Below are positions 49,331 to 59,700 of a stretch of 64,000 bases of DNA, piece after piece; the stretch's first letter is position 1, and each line of letters opens with the position of its first letter. The position numbers and the translations under genes are program-made. This DNA comes from Hemiscyllium ocellatum (Eukaryota): positions 22,650,048-22,714,047 of the forward strand of contig NC_083409.1 of the NCBI RefSeq assembly GCF_020745735.1, read 5' to 3'. The notes beneath the pieces were generated by a model that saw only the letters and a list, made by a program, of their open reading frames with translations, searched no databases and was not told the origin of the DNA.

Positions 49331-51846
49331 GAGGACAGTGCCGTGTACCCCGGCAGTACATTCCGGCCTCCCCCACTTCCCCATTCTGTATATGGAAGGC
49401 GGAAGCCTGCCAGCTGGATATTCACCCACAGGAGCTATCACAGCCCGTGTGCAATTCTGTCCCCACATTAAATCCACACAAATCCTGAGTTCACATAACA
49501 CCTTCAATGTCCAAGCATTCCAAGAATGTTCACAAAGTTGCAGTAAGAGGGATGGGGGAGAGGGTGGAGGAACATAAGAACTTGGAGCAGGAGCAGGCAA
49601 TTCAGCCCCTCGAGCCCACTCCACCATTTAATACAATCATGGCTGATCCCGTCTCAGACTCAACTCCACTTTCCTGCTCACTCTCCATCATCCTTTAACC
49701 CATTACCCATTAAATATCTGTCCATCTCCTCCTTGGTGTGAGACAGGGAAGGGACCACTCCATTTCAGAAAAGGCTGACCATGGAAGGGGAAGGAGAGGG
49801 GAAGGGATTGGAACATGTTGTGAATGGACAGGATGGGTCAGTGGGTCAGAGCCTGTCCTGTCTCCCCTCCAACTCGCGCTGATGATCTGAGGATCTCCTC
49901 TCTCTGCTAGGCCTTCATGGAATGAGGTTTGTGTCCAAATCAGTCCCCAGTGAGAATAGGCCAACAGCACAGAACAGCACAGAACTGCCCTTCATTTGAC
50001 CAGAATCTGTCCATCTTCCTGAGAGAGGCCAAACCCTGGTCAACGTGGAAATAGGGCCTTACTCCAGGACAAAACAGGGGTCAAGGGTTAACATCCATTA
50101 GTGGGACAGAGCAGAGGGAGATTTATCCTGCATTCAACTGTCACCACCCAGGACACTGTCAGAAAGAGAGAGCAGTGAGGCAGAGAGAGAGATGGAGGGA
50201 AAAATAGTGTGAGAGTGAGAGTGAGACTAGCATCTGATATGGTGTAAGATATGTGAGGGGACCAAGAGAGAGGTAGAGGGAGGTAGAAATGGTGAGGTTG
50301 AGGGATAGAGAGAGAAACAAGATGTGAGACAGAGTGACTGAGAGGGATGGAGAGAGACAAAGAGACAAGGAGAGAGAGAGTGAGAGACAGGATGGGTGTG
50401 AGACTAAGTATGAAGAGAGTTGAGAGGGAGGGTAAGATTGAGTGTGAGGGAGAGAGATGAGTATGGGTAGATTTATAATGACAGAGAGAGAGGGAGAGAA
50501 ACTGTAAATTGGGAGGTAGAGAGGGAAGGAGAGAGAAACAGGGAGGAATAGAGAGTGACAGGTAACAATTGGAGGCTTTTAATTGAAGTGAGAGAGGGAG
50601 CGAGTAACAGAGACAGAGAGAGATGGAGAAACAGATGATAAGATGGAGTGAGAAAGCATCAGTAAGTTGGAGAGAGTGGCTATGAGACAGAGTGTGTGTG
50701 TGTGAGAGAGAGAGGAAGAGTACCTGAAAGAGATTAACATTGGGAGAGAGAGATAGAGGTAGAGAGAAAGAAATGGCAGATGTGAGTCAGAGAGAGAGAG
50801 GGACAGGTCGTGGTCACCACACTCTGGGAAGAATGTGATTGTACCTGAGAGGGTACAGGGAGATTTCCCAGGATGCTGCCTGAATGTGAGCTTTGAGCAG
50901 TGAAGGCTTAAAAGGGACCTGATGGAGAGAGATAGGATTATTCAGGACAGTGATAGGGTGGGTAGGATGGCACTTTTTACATGAGTAAAGGACTTCATAA
51001 CCTGGTACAGAGATTTAAGGTAACACAGACATGGACACGTAGAAACTTGGAGCAGCAGTAGGCCATTCGGCCCTTTGAGTCTGCTCTGTCATTCAGTATG
51101 ATCATGGCTGTATCAATTTTTGAATTTCATCATTTCTTCGAGGGTCGGTGTGGGCTTGTCGGGCCAAATGGCCTGTTTCCACACTGTAGGCATTCTATGA
51201 TCTATGTCTGATCCTCTCTCTCAAAGCCATATTCCTGCCTTCTCCCCATTCTCTTCAAGCTGTTAAAATGCAAAACAATTATCTCTCTCTTTTTCTTGAA
51301 TATATTCAGTTTCTTATCCTCCACAGCCTTCAGTGGTAGCGAATTCCACAGGTTGACCACCCTCTGAGTGAAGAAATGTTTCCTCATCTCAGTCCTAAAT
51401 GGTCTACCCTGTATCCCCCTGAGCCTGTGTCCCCTGGTTCCAGACTCCCCAACCAGGGGAAACCTCCTCCCTGCCCAGCCCTGTTACAATTTTATATGTT
51501 GCAATCAGATCCCCTCTCATCGTTCTGAACACGAGTGAGTCCATGGCCAGGCGAGTTGGAGAATTGGAGAGTGAGAGGAGAGTTGAGAAGAAATGTTCTC
51601 ACCCAGAGGGTGGTGGGAGTCTGGAACTCACTGCCTGAAAGGCTGGTTGAGTCACAAACTCTTGTGACATTGGAGCAGTGTTTAGATATTCCCTTGTGTT
51701 GCTGTAGCCCCCAGGGTAATGGGTCAAGAGCTGGAGGATGGGATTAGTGTCATCAGATCTTTGTTTACCAGCACAGACACAATGGGCCAAATGGCCTCAT
51801 TCAGTGCTGTTCACATCAATGACTCTGAGACAAAGAGAGTGAGATC

Positions 51847-51885
<39 letters not shown>

Positions 51886-51922
51886 GTGTGAGGGGCTGAC
51901 GTGGCTCTCCCTGCCTGATGCC

Positions 51923-51976
51923 ATTTACATACTGAGGAACACCCAGTCAGACTCTCACAGGCTGCAGCTTTATAAA
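51923..51976 (+). promoter_or_regulatory. V-B promoter: octamer-like ATTTACAT (51923-51930) and TATA (51969-51976)
   Basis: Same motifs and spacing as in cluster A, about 60-115 bp upstream of the leader ATG. Confidence 0.72.
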
Positions 51977-52036
51977 GCAGAGCCCAGTGAAGGGAGAGTT
52001 TATCAGGAACCAGGCACAGGGACAGGAGCACACACC

Positions 52037-52085
52037 ATGATTTCACACATCCAGCTGATCTGGCCCCTGGCATTCTGTGTCGCAG
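52037..52085 (+). CDS. IGKV: Leader exon of V-B (MISHIQLIWPLAFCVA)
   Basis: ATG, hydrophobic 16 codons plus 1 nt, donor G|GTACAA; intron 52086-52271 ends in CCCCTCAG. Confidence 0.92.
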
Positions 52086-52271
52086 GTACAAATCTCTCTC
52101 CTTCCACCTTGAATCTTTAGCTGCTCTCCATTTCACTCCAATTCCACTGACTTGTGATTGAAGGGAAAATGCTGAAACCAGAGGAATGCTCAGTGTCTCC
52201 AACAATCTCTCATTTGACCGGCTCTTTCTGTGACAGTTCTGACTTCACTTTGTTTCTCTCTGACCCCTCAG

Positions 52272-52570
52272 GTATCAATGGGGACATCATCATGACCCAG
52301 TCTCCCCCGGTGCTGTCAGGGGAACAGGGCCAGACCGCAACCATCACCTGTACGGCCAGTGAATCTGTAAGCAAGTGGGTTAGCTGGTACCAGCAGCGAG
52401 AAGGTCAGAAACCCTCTCTCCTGATCTATGAAGCAACAAAACGATTCACAGGAGTCTCCGAGAGATTCACCGGAAGTGGATCAGGGACCAGTTTCACCCT
52501 GACAATCAGCAACGTTCAGAATGAGGATGTCGCTGACTATTACTGTCAGTAAGGTTACAGCAACCCTCGA
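52272..52570 (+). pseudogene. IGKV: Ig kappa-type V exon of cluster B, intact except for one nonsense codon at the start of CDR3
   Basis: [99 protein letters not shown]. Both Cys and the Trp are present; TAA at 52550-52552. Confidence 0.93.
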
Positions 52571-52598
52571 CACAGTGACACAGAGCTGTACAAAAACC
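52571..52598 (+). promoter_or_regulatory. 12-spacer RSS of V-B, consensus
   Basis: CACAGTG + ACACAGAGCTGT (12) + ACAAAAACC. Confidence 0.97.
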
Positions 52599-53036
52599 TC
52601 AATATATAAAGCACTACCTCCTGTACTGACACATCCCACAGCTACATAAAATGTATAATAATGGACACACTGTCCCACCACCTGAACTGATATAACCACA
52701 GTTCGATCCAAATGAAACTGATCAAATTACCCCAAACTGGGATTGCCACTGTCCACGACACACTCCAATCCCTGTGGTGTCTCAACGCTCACTGAAGGCC
52801 TCTCGTTTCCCTCTTACACTCCATGGTCATATGTGAAGAGCTGCTGCAAGATTTAAAATCGAAAAATAAATTTCACAAACCTCCCGAGCCCAGCTGGAAA
52901 CATCCCAGAGAGACAGAGAGAGAAAGACGCATGAATGAGGGAGAGACAGAGAGGGGCAGGGAGAGGGTGAGAGTGAGTGAGAGACAGACAGAGACAGGGA
53001 GAGGTTGACAGTGATAAGAGGGAAGCAGAGAGCAGA

Positions 53037-53075
53037 GGTTTTTGTACAGCCTCTGCACTGGGAGCTCTCACTGTG
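53037..53075 (-). promoter_or_regulatory. 23-spacer RSS of J-B, consensus
   Basis: Plus strand GGTTTTTGT (53037-53045) + 23 nt + CACTGTG (53069-53075). Confidence 0.97.
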
Positions 53076-53110
53076 GTACACGTTCGGTAAAGGAACCAAG
53101 CTCAGACTGA
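53076..53110 (+). CDS. IGKJ: Ig kappa-type J segment of cluster B (YTFGKGTKLRL), intact
   Basis: FGKG motif, open frame, canonical donor A|GTAAGT. Confidence 0.96.
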
Positions 53111-53959
53111 GTAAGTAAACCTCAATCCTCTGTTATTAACCCTGTCAATACTGAAACACACTTTCTAAAATACAGTTACTGATTTGTTGAAGGTGTTAGT
53201 GGGGAGCTGCAGTGAATGAAATGGTTGATTGAGGAGCACTGTGTCTAACAGGGTGTCCAGCTGTATTTCTTTACTTTCATGCCCTCTTTAAAAAATGCAA
53301 GATATAAGTCAGTAAGTTTTACTCACCGTGTGGAGGAGCTCTGTCCATTTGCAGCCTGTGGTCCCATTCCTGCAGCATGGAGTGAAATCAGTGAGTAGCC
53401 TCCTGCCAGTCTCAGTGTGACGGACACGGGGCAGAGTTTGATGTGAGCTCTGGCTCCCTGTCCCAGTCTCTGATCTCACTGACCTCAGCAGCAGCAGCAG
53501 CAGCAGCAGCACAGTGAGACACCGAGCTCCCACCTCCCCCAGCTTTAACTCTGCTCAATCGCACAATCACAGAATTGTTACAGCGCACAAGGAGACCATT
53601 CTGCCCATCCTGTCTGGACTAGCTCTCCGAATGAGCAATTCACTGAGTGTCATTATCCTGCCTTCTCCCTGTCACCCTGCACATTGTTCCTTTTCAAATA
53701 ACAGTCTCATTCCCTTCGGAATGTTTCAATTGAAGCTGCCTCCACCACACTCTCAGGCAGTGCATTCCACACCTTAACCACCCACTGGCTGAAAATGTTT
53801 TCCCTCATCTCATTTTTCTTACTATTCCAATTACTTTCAATCTGTGGTCTTTCGGTCTCAATCCTTTCACAAGTGGAATCATTTTCTCCCGATTTACTCT
53901 GTTCCAGGCCCCTCCTGATTTTGAGTTTCTGGAACAATTCTCCTCGCTGCCTTCTCCAA

Positions 53960-54165
53960 AGACTTGAAGGTGCCGGTGTTGGACTGGGGTGGACAAAGTT
54001 AAAAATCACACAACACCAGGTTATAGTCCAACAGGGGGTTTATTTGGAAGCACCAGCTTTCGGAGCGCCCCTCCTTCATCAAATGGTTGTCAGCGGTGCT
54101 CCGAAAGCTAGTGCTTCCACATTAACCTGTTGGACTATAACCTGATGTTGTGTGATCTGTAACTT
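53960..54165. mobile_element. Penelope-derived short insertion with inverted arms and a degenerate hammerhead, arm B only
   Basis: Flanked by TTCTCCAAAGA repeats; minus strand TTGATGA-A-GGAG-GGGC-GCTCC-GAA-AGCT; empty site in arm A near 16650. Confidence 0.65.
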
Positions 54166-55070
54166 TCTCCAAAGAAGACAGTTCCAAATTCTCCAATCTA
54201 TCTTCATAACTGATATTCCTCATCCCTGGAATGATCTTTGTGCATATGTTTGCCAGCTCTACAAAACATTCACCTCCTTCCTGCATTATTCACATTATTT
54301 ATGTCCCTCATGATTTTATAAACCTCTGTAAGGTCACTCCTCAGCCTCCGGCCCTTCAGGGTAAAAGATCTCAGCTTTTCCAGCTTCTAATGGTCACGGA
54401 GTCAGACAGCGTGGAAACAGATCTTTCAGTCGAACTTCTCCATGCTAACTAGATATCCAAAACTGACCTCATCCCATTTGCCAGCATTTAGCCCACATCC
54501 CTCTAAACCCTTCCTATTCATGTACCCATCCAAACATCTTTTAAATGCTGTAATTGTATCCGTCTCCAGCACTTTCTCTGACAGCTCGATCCGTACACGC
54601 ACCACCCTCTGTGTGACAAGTTACCCCTCAGGTCCCTTTTGGATCTTTTGCCTCTCATCTTAAACCTATACCCTCTAGTTTTGGATTCCCTTTCCCAAGG
54701 CAAAGACCTGGGATGTATACCCTGTCCATGCCTGTCAAGATTTCATAAACATCTATAAGGCCACCCCTCAGTCTCCGATCCTGCAGGAAAAATAACCCAT
54801 CTATTGAGTCTCTACTGACAGCTCAAACCCTCCAGTTCCAGGCAACATCCATGTAAATCTTTTCTGCAGAATTTTAAGTTTAACAGCATCCTTCCTTTCA
54901 CAGGATGATCAGAATTGTTCACATTATTCCCAAAGTAGCCTCACCAATTTCCTGTACAGCTGCAAATGATGTCCCAACTCTGATACTTAGTGCAGTGATC
55001 AATAAAGGCAAGTGTACCCAACACCTTCTTCATCTCCCTGTCTCCCTGTGACTTCACTGTCAAGGAATAA

Positions 55071-55198
55071 TGCCCCTGCCCCTGCACCTGCCCCTGCCAC
55101 TGCCCCTGCCCCTGCCCCTGCCCCTGCCCCTGCCCCTGCCCCTGCCCCTGCCCCTGCACCTGCACCTGCCCCTGCCCCTGCCCCTGCCACTGCACCCC
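55071..55198. repeat. (CCCCTG)n / (CAGGGG)n hexamer microsatellite, about 21 units
   Basis: Seen directly inside a CR1 fragment; absent at the paralogous site 15770-15795. Confidence 0.96.
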
Positions 55199-55321
55199 GA
55201 GGTCACTTTGTTGAGCAACACTCCACAGGGCCCCACCATTAACAGTATAAGTCCTGCCCTGGTTTGACTTTCCAAAATGCAACATCTCACATTTATCTAA
55301 ATTGAACTCCATTTGTCACAC

Positions 55322-55533
55322 ATTTAGATCAGAGCGGTGCTGGAAAAGCACAGCAGGTCAGGCAACATCCAAAGAGCAGGAAAATCGACGTTTCAGGCAA
55401 AAGCCCTTCATCAGGATTCCTCTAGCCGAAAAGTCGATTTTTCTGCTCCTCGGATGCTGCCTGACATGCTGTGCTTTTCCAGCACCACTCTGATCTAAAC
55501 TCTGGTTTCCAGCATCTGCAGTCTGCACTTTTG
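55322..55533. mobile_element. Palindromic Penelope-derived insertion with a near-perfect 14-bp target-site duplication
   Basis: Inverted arms 55325-55389 and 55433-55497; flanks TCCATTTGTCACAC (55308-55321) and TCCATTTGCCACAC (55534-55547); empty site in arm A near 15655. Confidence 0.8.
55383..55418 (-). ncRNA. Minimal type-I hammerhead ribozyme motif, near intact
   Basis: AATC-CTGATGA-A-GGGC-TTTT-GCCT-GAA-ACGT-C-GATT: conserved core, stem I AATC/GATT, stem II with one G-U pair, palindromic ACGT, GUC cleavage triplet. Confidence 0.72.
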
Positions 55534-56799
55534 TCCATTTGCCACACCTCTGCCCATTTCCCCAAATGATCAAGGTCCCACTGTACTCTCAGATAAGCTT
55601 CTTCACTATCCACTGTACCACCAATTTTGGTGTCATTTACAAACTCGCCATAATTCCTATATTCACATCCAAATCATTTATTTAAATGATGAAAAGCCAT
55701 GGACCCAGCACCAATCCTTGTGGCACACAGCTGACATCTGATCTCCAGTCTGAAAAGCAACCCCTTACCACCACTCTCTGTCTCCTATCTTGAAGCCATT
55801 TTTTTACCCAAATGGCTAGCTCCCCCTGGATCCCATGTGGCCTAACCTTCCTAATCAATCTATCATGTGGAACCTTGTCAAATGCTGAAGTCTATATAGA
55901 CAGTGTCTACTGTTCTGCCTACCCCAATCTTCTCTTCAAACAACCTCAATCACGTTAGTGAGACATGATTACCATGCACAAAACTGCATTGATTGTCCAA
56001 ATGCATGTAAATCCTGTTCCTCAGAATTCACTCCAATAACTTACCCAGCAATGACATCAGTCCCACTGGTTTATAGTTCCCTGGCTTTTCCTTAAACAAT
56101 GGCTAACATTAGCCAACCTCTCTGTTCTCCAGAACCTCACTCATGGCTGTCAATCAGAAACATACCTCAGCAAGGGGTCCAGCAATCTCTTTCCTAGCTT
56201 TCCACAATGTCCTGGGATACACCTGATCAGGTCCTGGAGATTTATCTACCGTCTTGCACTTTAAGAAATCCTCTTCTGTAATGTCTTTCTCCATGATAAA
56301 TACTGACCTGGAATATTCATTTAAGACCTAAACCATTTCCTGTGGATCCACCCAGAGGTACATTGTTCATCTTCATGGGGCCCTATTCTCTCTCTAGTTA
56401 CTCTTTTGCCCTTTTCTTATTTACCATAATTCTACCACTTTTGCCCTTGAGTAAGTTCAGGAATTGTTTGCCCTCCTTCAAATGTATCTCGAATATACCT
56501 GGTCCACATCCTCTACTATTCTTTTCAGGACTTTCTTGCCAACCTTTGATCCCACTTTATTTGGATCCGTTACATCCATATCCTACAGAAGCTGGCATTT
56601 TCCCCAGTGAAGATGTTTGACCCTGAAAAGGCCTTTGTTCTTTTCTACCATCACCTTCAACTTTGTGATACAATGATCACTCTTCCTTAAGTGTCCTCTC
56701 ACTGACACATGATCCACTTGGGCCTCCTCATTCCCAAGATCCAGATCTAGCAGAGCATCCTTTCTGGACTGGAAACATGCAGCTGGAGAAAATTCACAT

Positions 56800-59700
56800 G
56801 GACACACTCTCACGACCCTGGCCCTTCTCTGTCCTTCACACTGCTACTACCCCAGTCTATATTCAGAAATTAAAGACATCCCCCCCCACCCACCCCATTT
56901 ATAATGACTATTACATTTGCAGGTCTCTGTAAATTCCTTGCAAATGTATTCCTCTAAATCTTTCCCACTGGCTGGTGACTTATTGACTGCACTGATGATT
57001 CTGTAGATCTTGGTGTTCCTCTCTGATAGTCCCTCCTGGCTCCCACAGCTCTGCCAAGTTAGTTTAAACCCTCTCCAACAGCACGAGTAGATCACCTCAA
57101 AGGAGCTCAGTGCCAGCTCTGTTCAGGAGCAACGCTGTCTGGTCTATCCAGGTCCCATCTCCCCCAGACCCAGTCCCAATGTCACAAGAATCTAAAACCC
57201 TCCCTCCTGGATCCTCTTTCCAGCCCCACAGTCACTTGTGTTATCCTCCTGCTCCTCTTGTCACTTGCCTGGGGCACTGGGAGTAATCTGAAGATTCCTA
57301 TTTTTGAGTTCCTGATGTTAATTCCCTTCTGAGCTCCCTAAATTCTGACTGCAGGACTACATCCCCTTTCTCCCTCTGTCACTGGGACCGATGTGGACCA
57401 CGACTGCTGCCTGTTCCCCCTCTCCCCTCAGGGTGCTCTGCAGTCGCTCAGTGACATCCTTGACCCTGGCACCAGGGAGACAACACACCATCCTGGCTTC
57501 TCATCTGCAGCTGCAGAAATACCTATCGATGCCCTCACTCTCGAATCTCCTTTCATGATCAGTCTTCCAGTCTTCCTTATACCCCCCTCCCCCCAATACA
57601 GCTGAGCCACCAGTGGTGCCATGGGTTTGGCTCTGGATGCACTCCCCAGATGAACCATCATTCTCATCAGGATTCCAAACTGAATCCTGGTTGGAGAGTG
57701 GGATACATTCAGGGGATTCCTGTACTAGCTGCCTGGTCCTTTTGGACTGGCTGCTGCTCCCCCATTCCCTATCTCCCTGCATACTCTGAAGCTGCAGAGT
57801 GACCACATCTAGAAACGTGCTCTCCACGGAGCTCTCAGCCTCACGGACGCTCCTCACTGACACCAGCTGCTGCTCAAGCTCCGAAATCCGGAGCTCCAAC
57901 TGCTGTCACTGACCACACTTCCTGCACTCATGGTATTCCAGGAACTGGGAAGCATTCTGAAATTCCCACATGGATGCACACTTTCTCCACTCTTTGGTTG
58001 TCTCTGGGCAAAGTTCTAATGACAAACAGCTCCAGCAGGGCTCACAGTCCAGTGGGTTCAGTGTTCCAGGATTTTGGGAAAACTCTCCAGAAGTCTTTAA
58101 GAAATAGGAGCAGAAATCAGCCAATCAGCCCATTGAATCTGCTCTGCCATTTGATCTTGGCAGATATGCTTCTCACCCCATTCTCCTGCCTGCTCCACAG
58201 GAACGTTCGATCCCCTTAACAATCACAAACCTATCTATCTCTGTCTTTAATACACTCAGTGACTTGGCCTCCACTGCCCTCTGTAACAATGAGTTCCACA
58301 GATTCACCACCCTCTGGCTGAAGAAAGTCCTCCTCATCTCAGCTCTAAAGGGTCGGCCCTTCATTCTGAGGCTGCACCTTGGTTACCGAGTCTCTCCTGT
58401 TTTTGGAAACATCTTCTCTGCATCCACTCTACGCATGTCTATCAGTATTCTGTAAATTTCAATAAGGTCCCTCATTCTTCTAAACTCCAGCAAGTACAGA
58501 CCCAGAGTCCTCAACCACGCCTCATATGACAAGCCTTTCATCCCCAGGATCATTCTTGTAAACCCCTTCAATGCCAGCACGTTGTTTCTTAGAATATGGG
58601 TCCCAAATCTGCTCACAATATTCCAAATGTGGTTTGACTAGAGCCTTACACAGCCTCAGCAGTACATCTCTGCTCTTGTATTCTGGCCCTATTGAAATGA
58701 ATGCGAAGATTTCATTTGCCTTCCCAAGCACAAACTGAACCTGCCTGTTAACCTGAAGGGAAACCTGAATGAGGTTTGTGCTTTAGATTTCCAAAGACTT
58801 TCCTCATTTAGAAAACAGTCTTTGCATTTGTTCTTCCTCCCAAAGTGCATACCCTCACACTGTCACACATTGTATTCTATCTGCCAACTCTTTGCCCACT
58901 CTCCAAGCCTATCCAGGAGCTTTTACAGCCTTCCCACTTCCTTAACACTACCTGTCCCTTCACCTACCTCATGTCACCTGCAAACTTAGCAACAATGTCT
59001 TCACTTCCTTCATCCGGATTGTTAATGTATAACGTGAATAGTTATGGTCCTAAAATTAGCACCTGCAGAACTCTACTCGTCACCAGCGGCCATTGTTCCT
59101 CATGCTCTGCTTTATGCCAACCTGCCAGTCCTCAGTCCATGCCAGTACATTGCCCCTAATACTGTGGGCGCTTATCTTATGTCAAATGCCTTCTGGAAAT
59201 CCAAAAAGATTACTTCCTCGGACTCTCTTTTGTCTGATTGGTTCATTGCCTCCTCAAAGAATTCTAACAGATTTGCCAGGCATGACGTCTCCTTGATGAA
59301 GCCATTGCACTTCCAAGTCCTCTGCAATTTCATCCTTAAATTGAAGTCTAAAACCTTACCAACAACTGAGTCCTGGCTAACTGGCCGATAATGTCCCATC
59401 TTCTACCTCCCTCCATTCTTAAACAGGGGTGGTATGTGAGCCATTTTCCTGTCCCTTGCCCCTACCAAATCCGTCCCCATTTCACCTCCACACCCTGACT
59501 CCATTGATTCCTGAAAGATCATCTCCAATACCTCCACAATCTCCTCAGCGATCTCCTTCAGAACACACTGGTGTAGTTCATCCAGTCTGGGTGAGTTATC
59601 CACATTCAGACCTTCCAGCTTCCCCAGTACCTCCTCCTTAGTGATGGCCACGACACGCCCCTCCGACCCCTGACAGTCTTGAATTACTGGGACACTGCTG

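Noticed and set aside
52154-52271. N-terminal extension [13 protein letters not shown]... of the V ORFs (also 18373-18490)
   Set aside because: This is the leader intron read through; the real start is the spliced leader exon.
54941-55312. GQ-, AG-, PA-, RG- and PL-repeat ORFs
   Set aside because: Six-frame readings of the (CCCCTG)n microsatellite.
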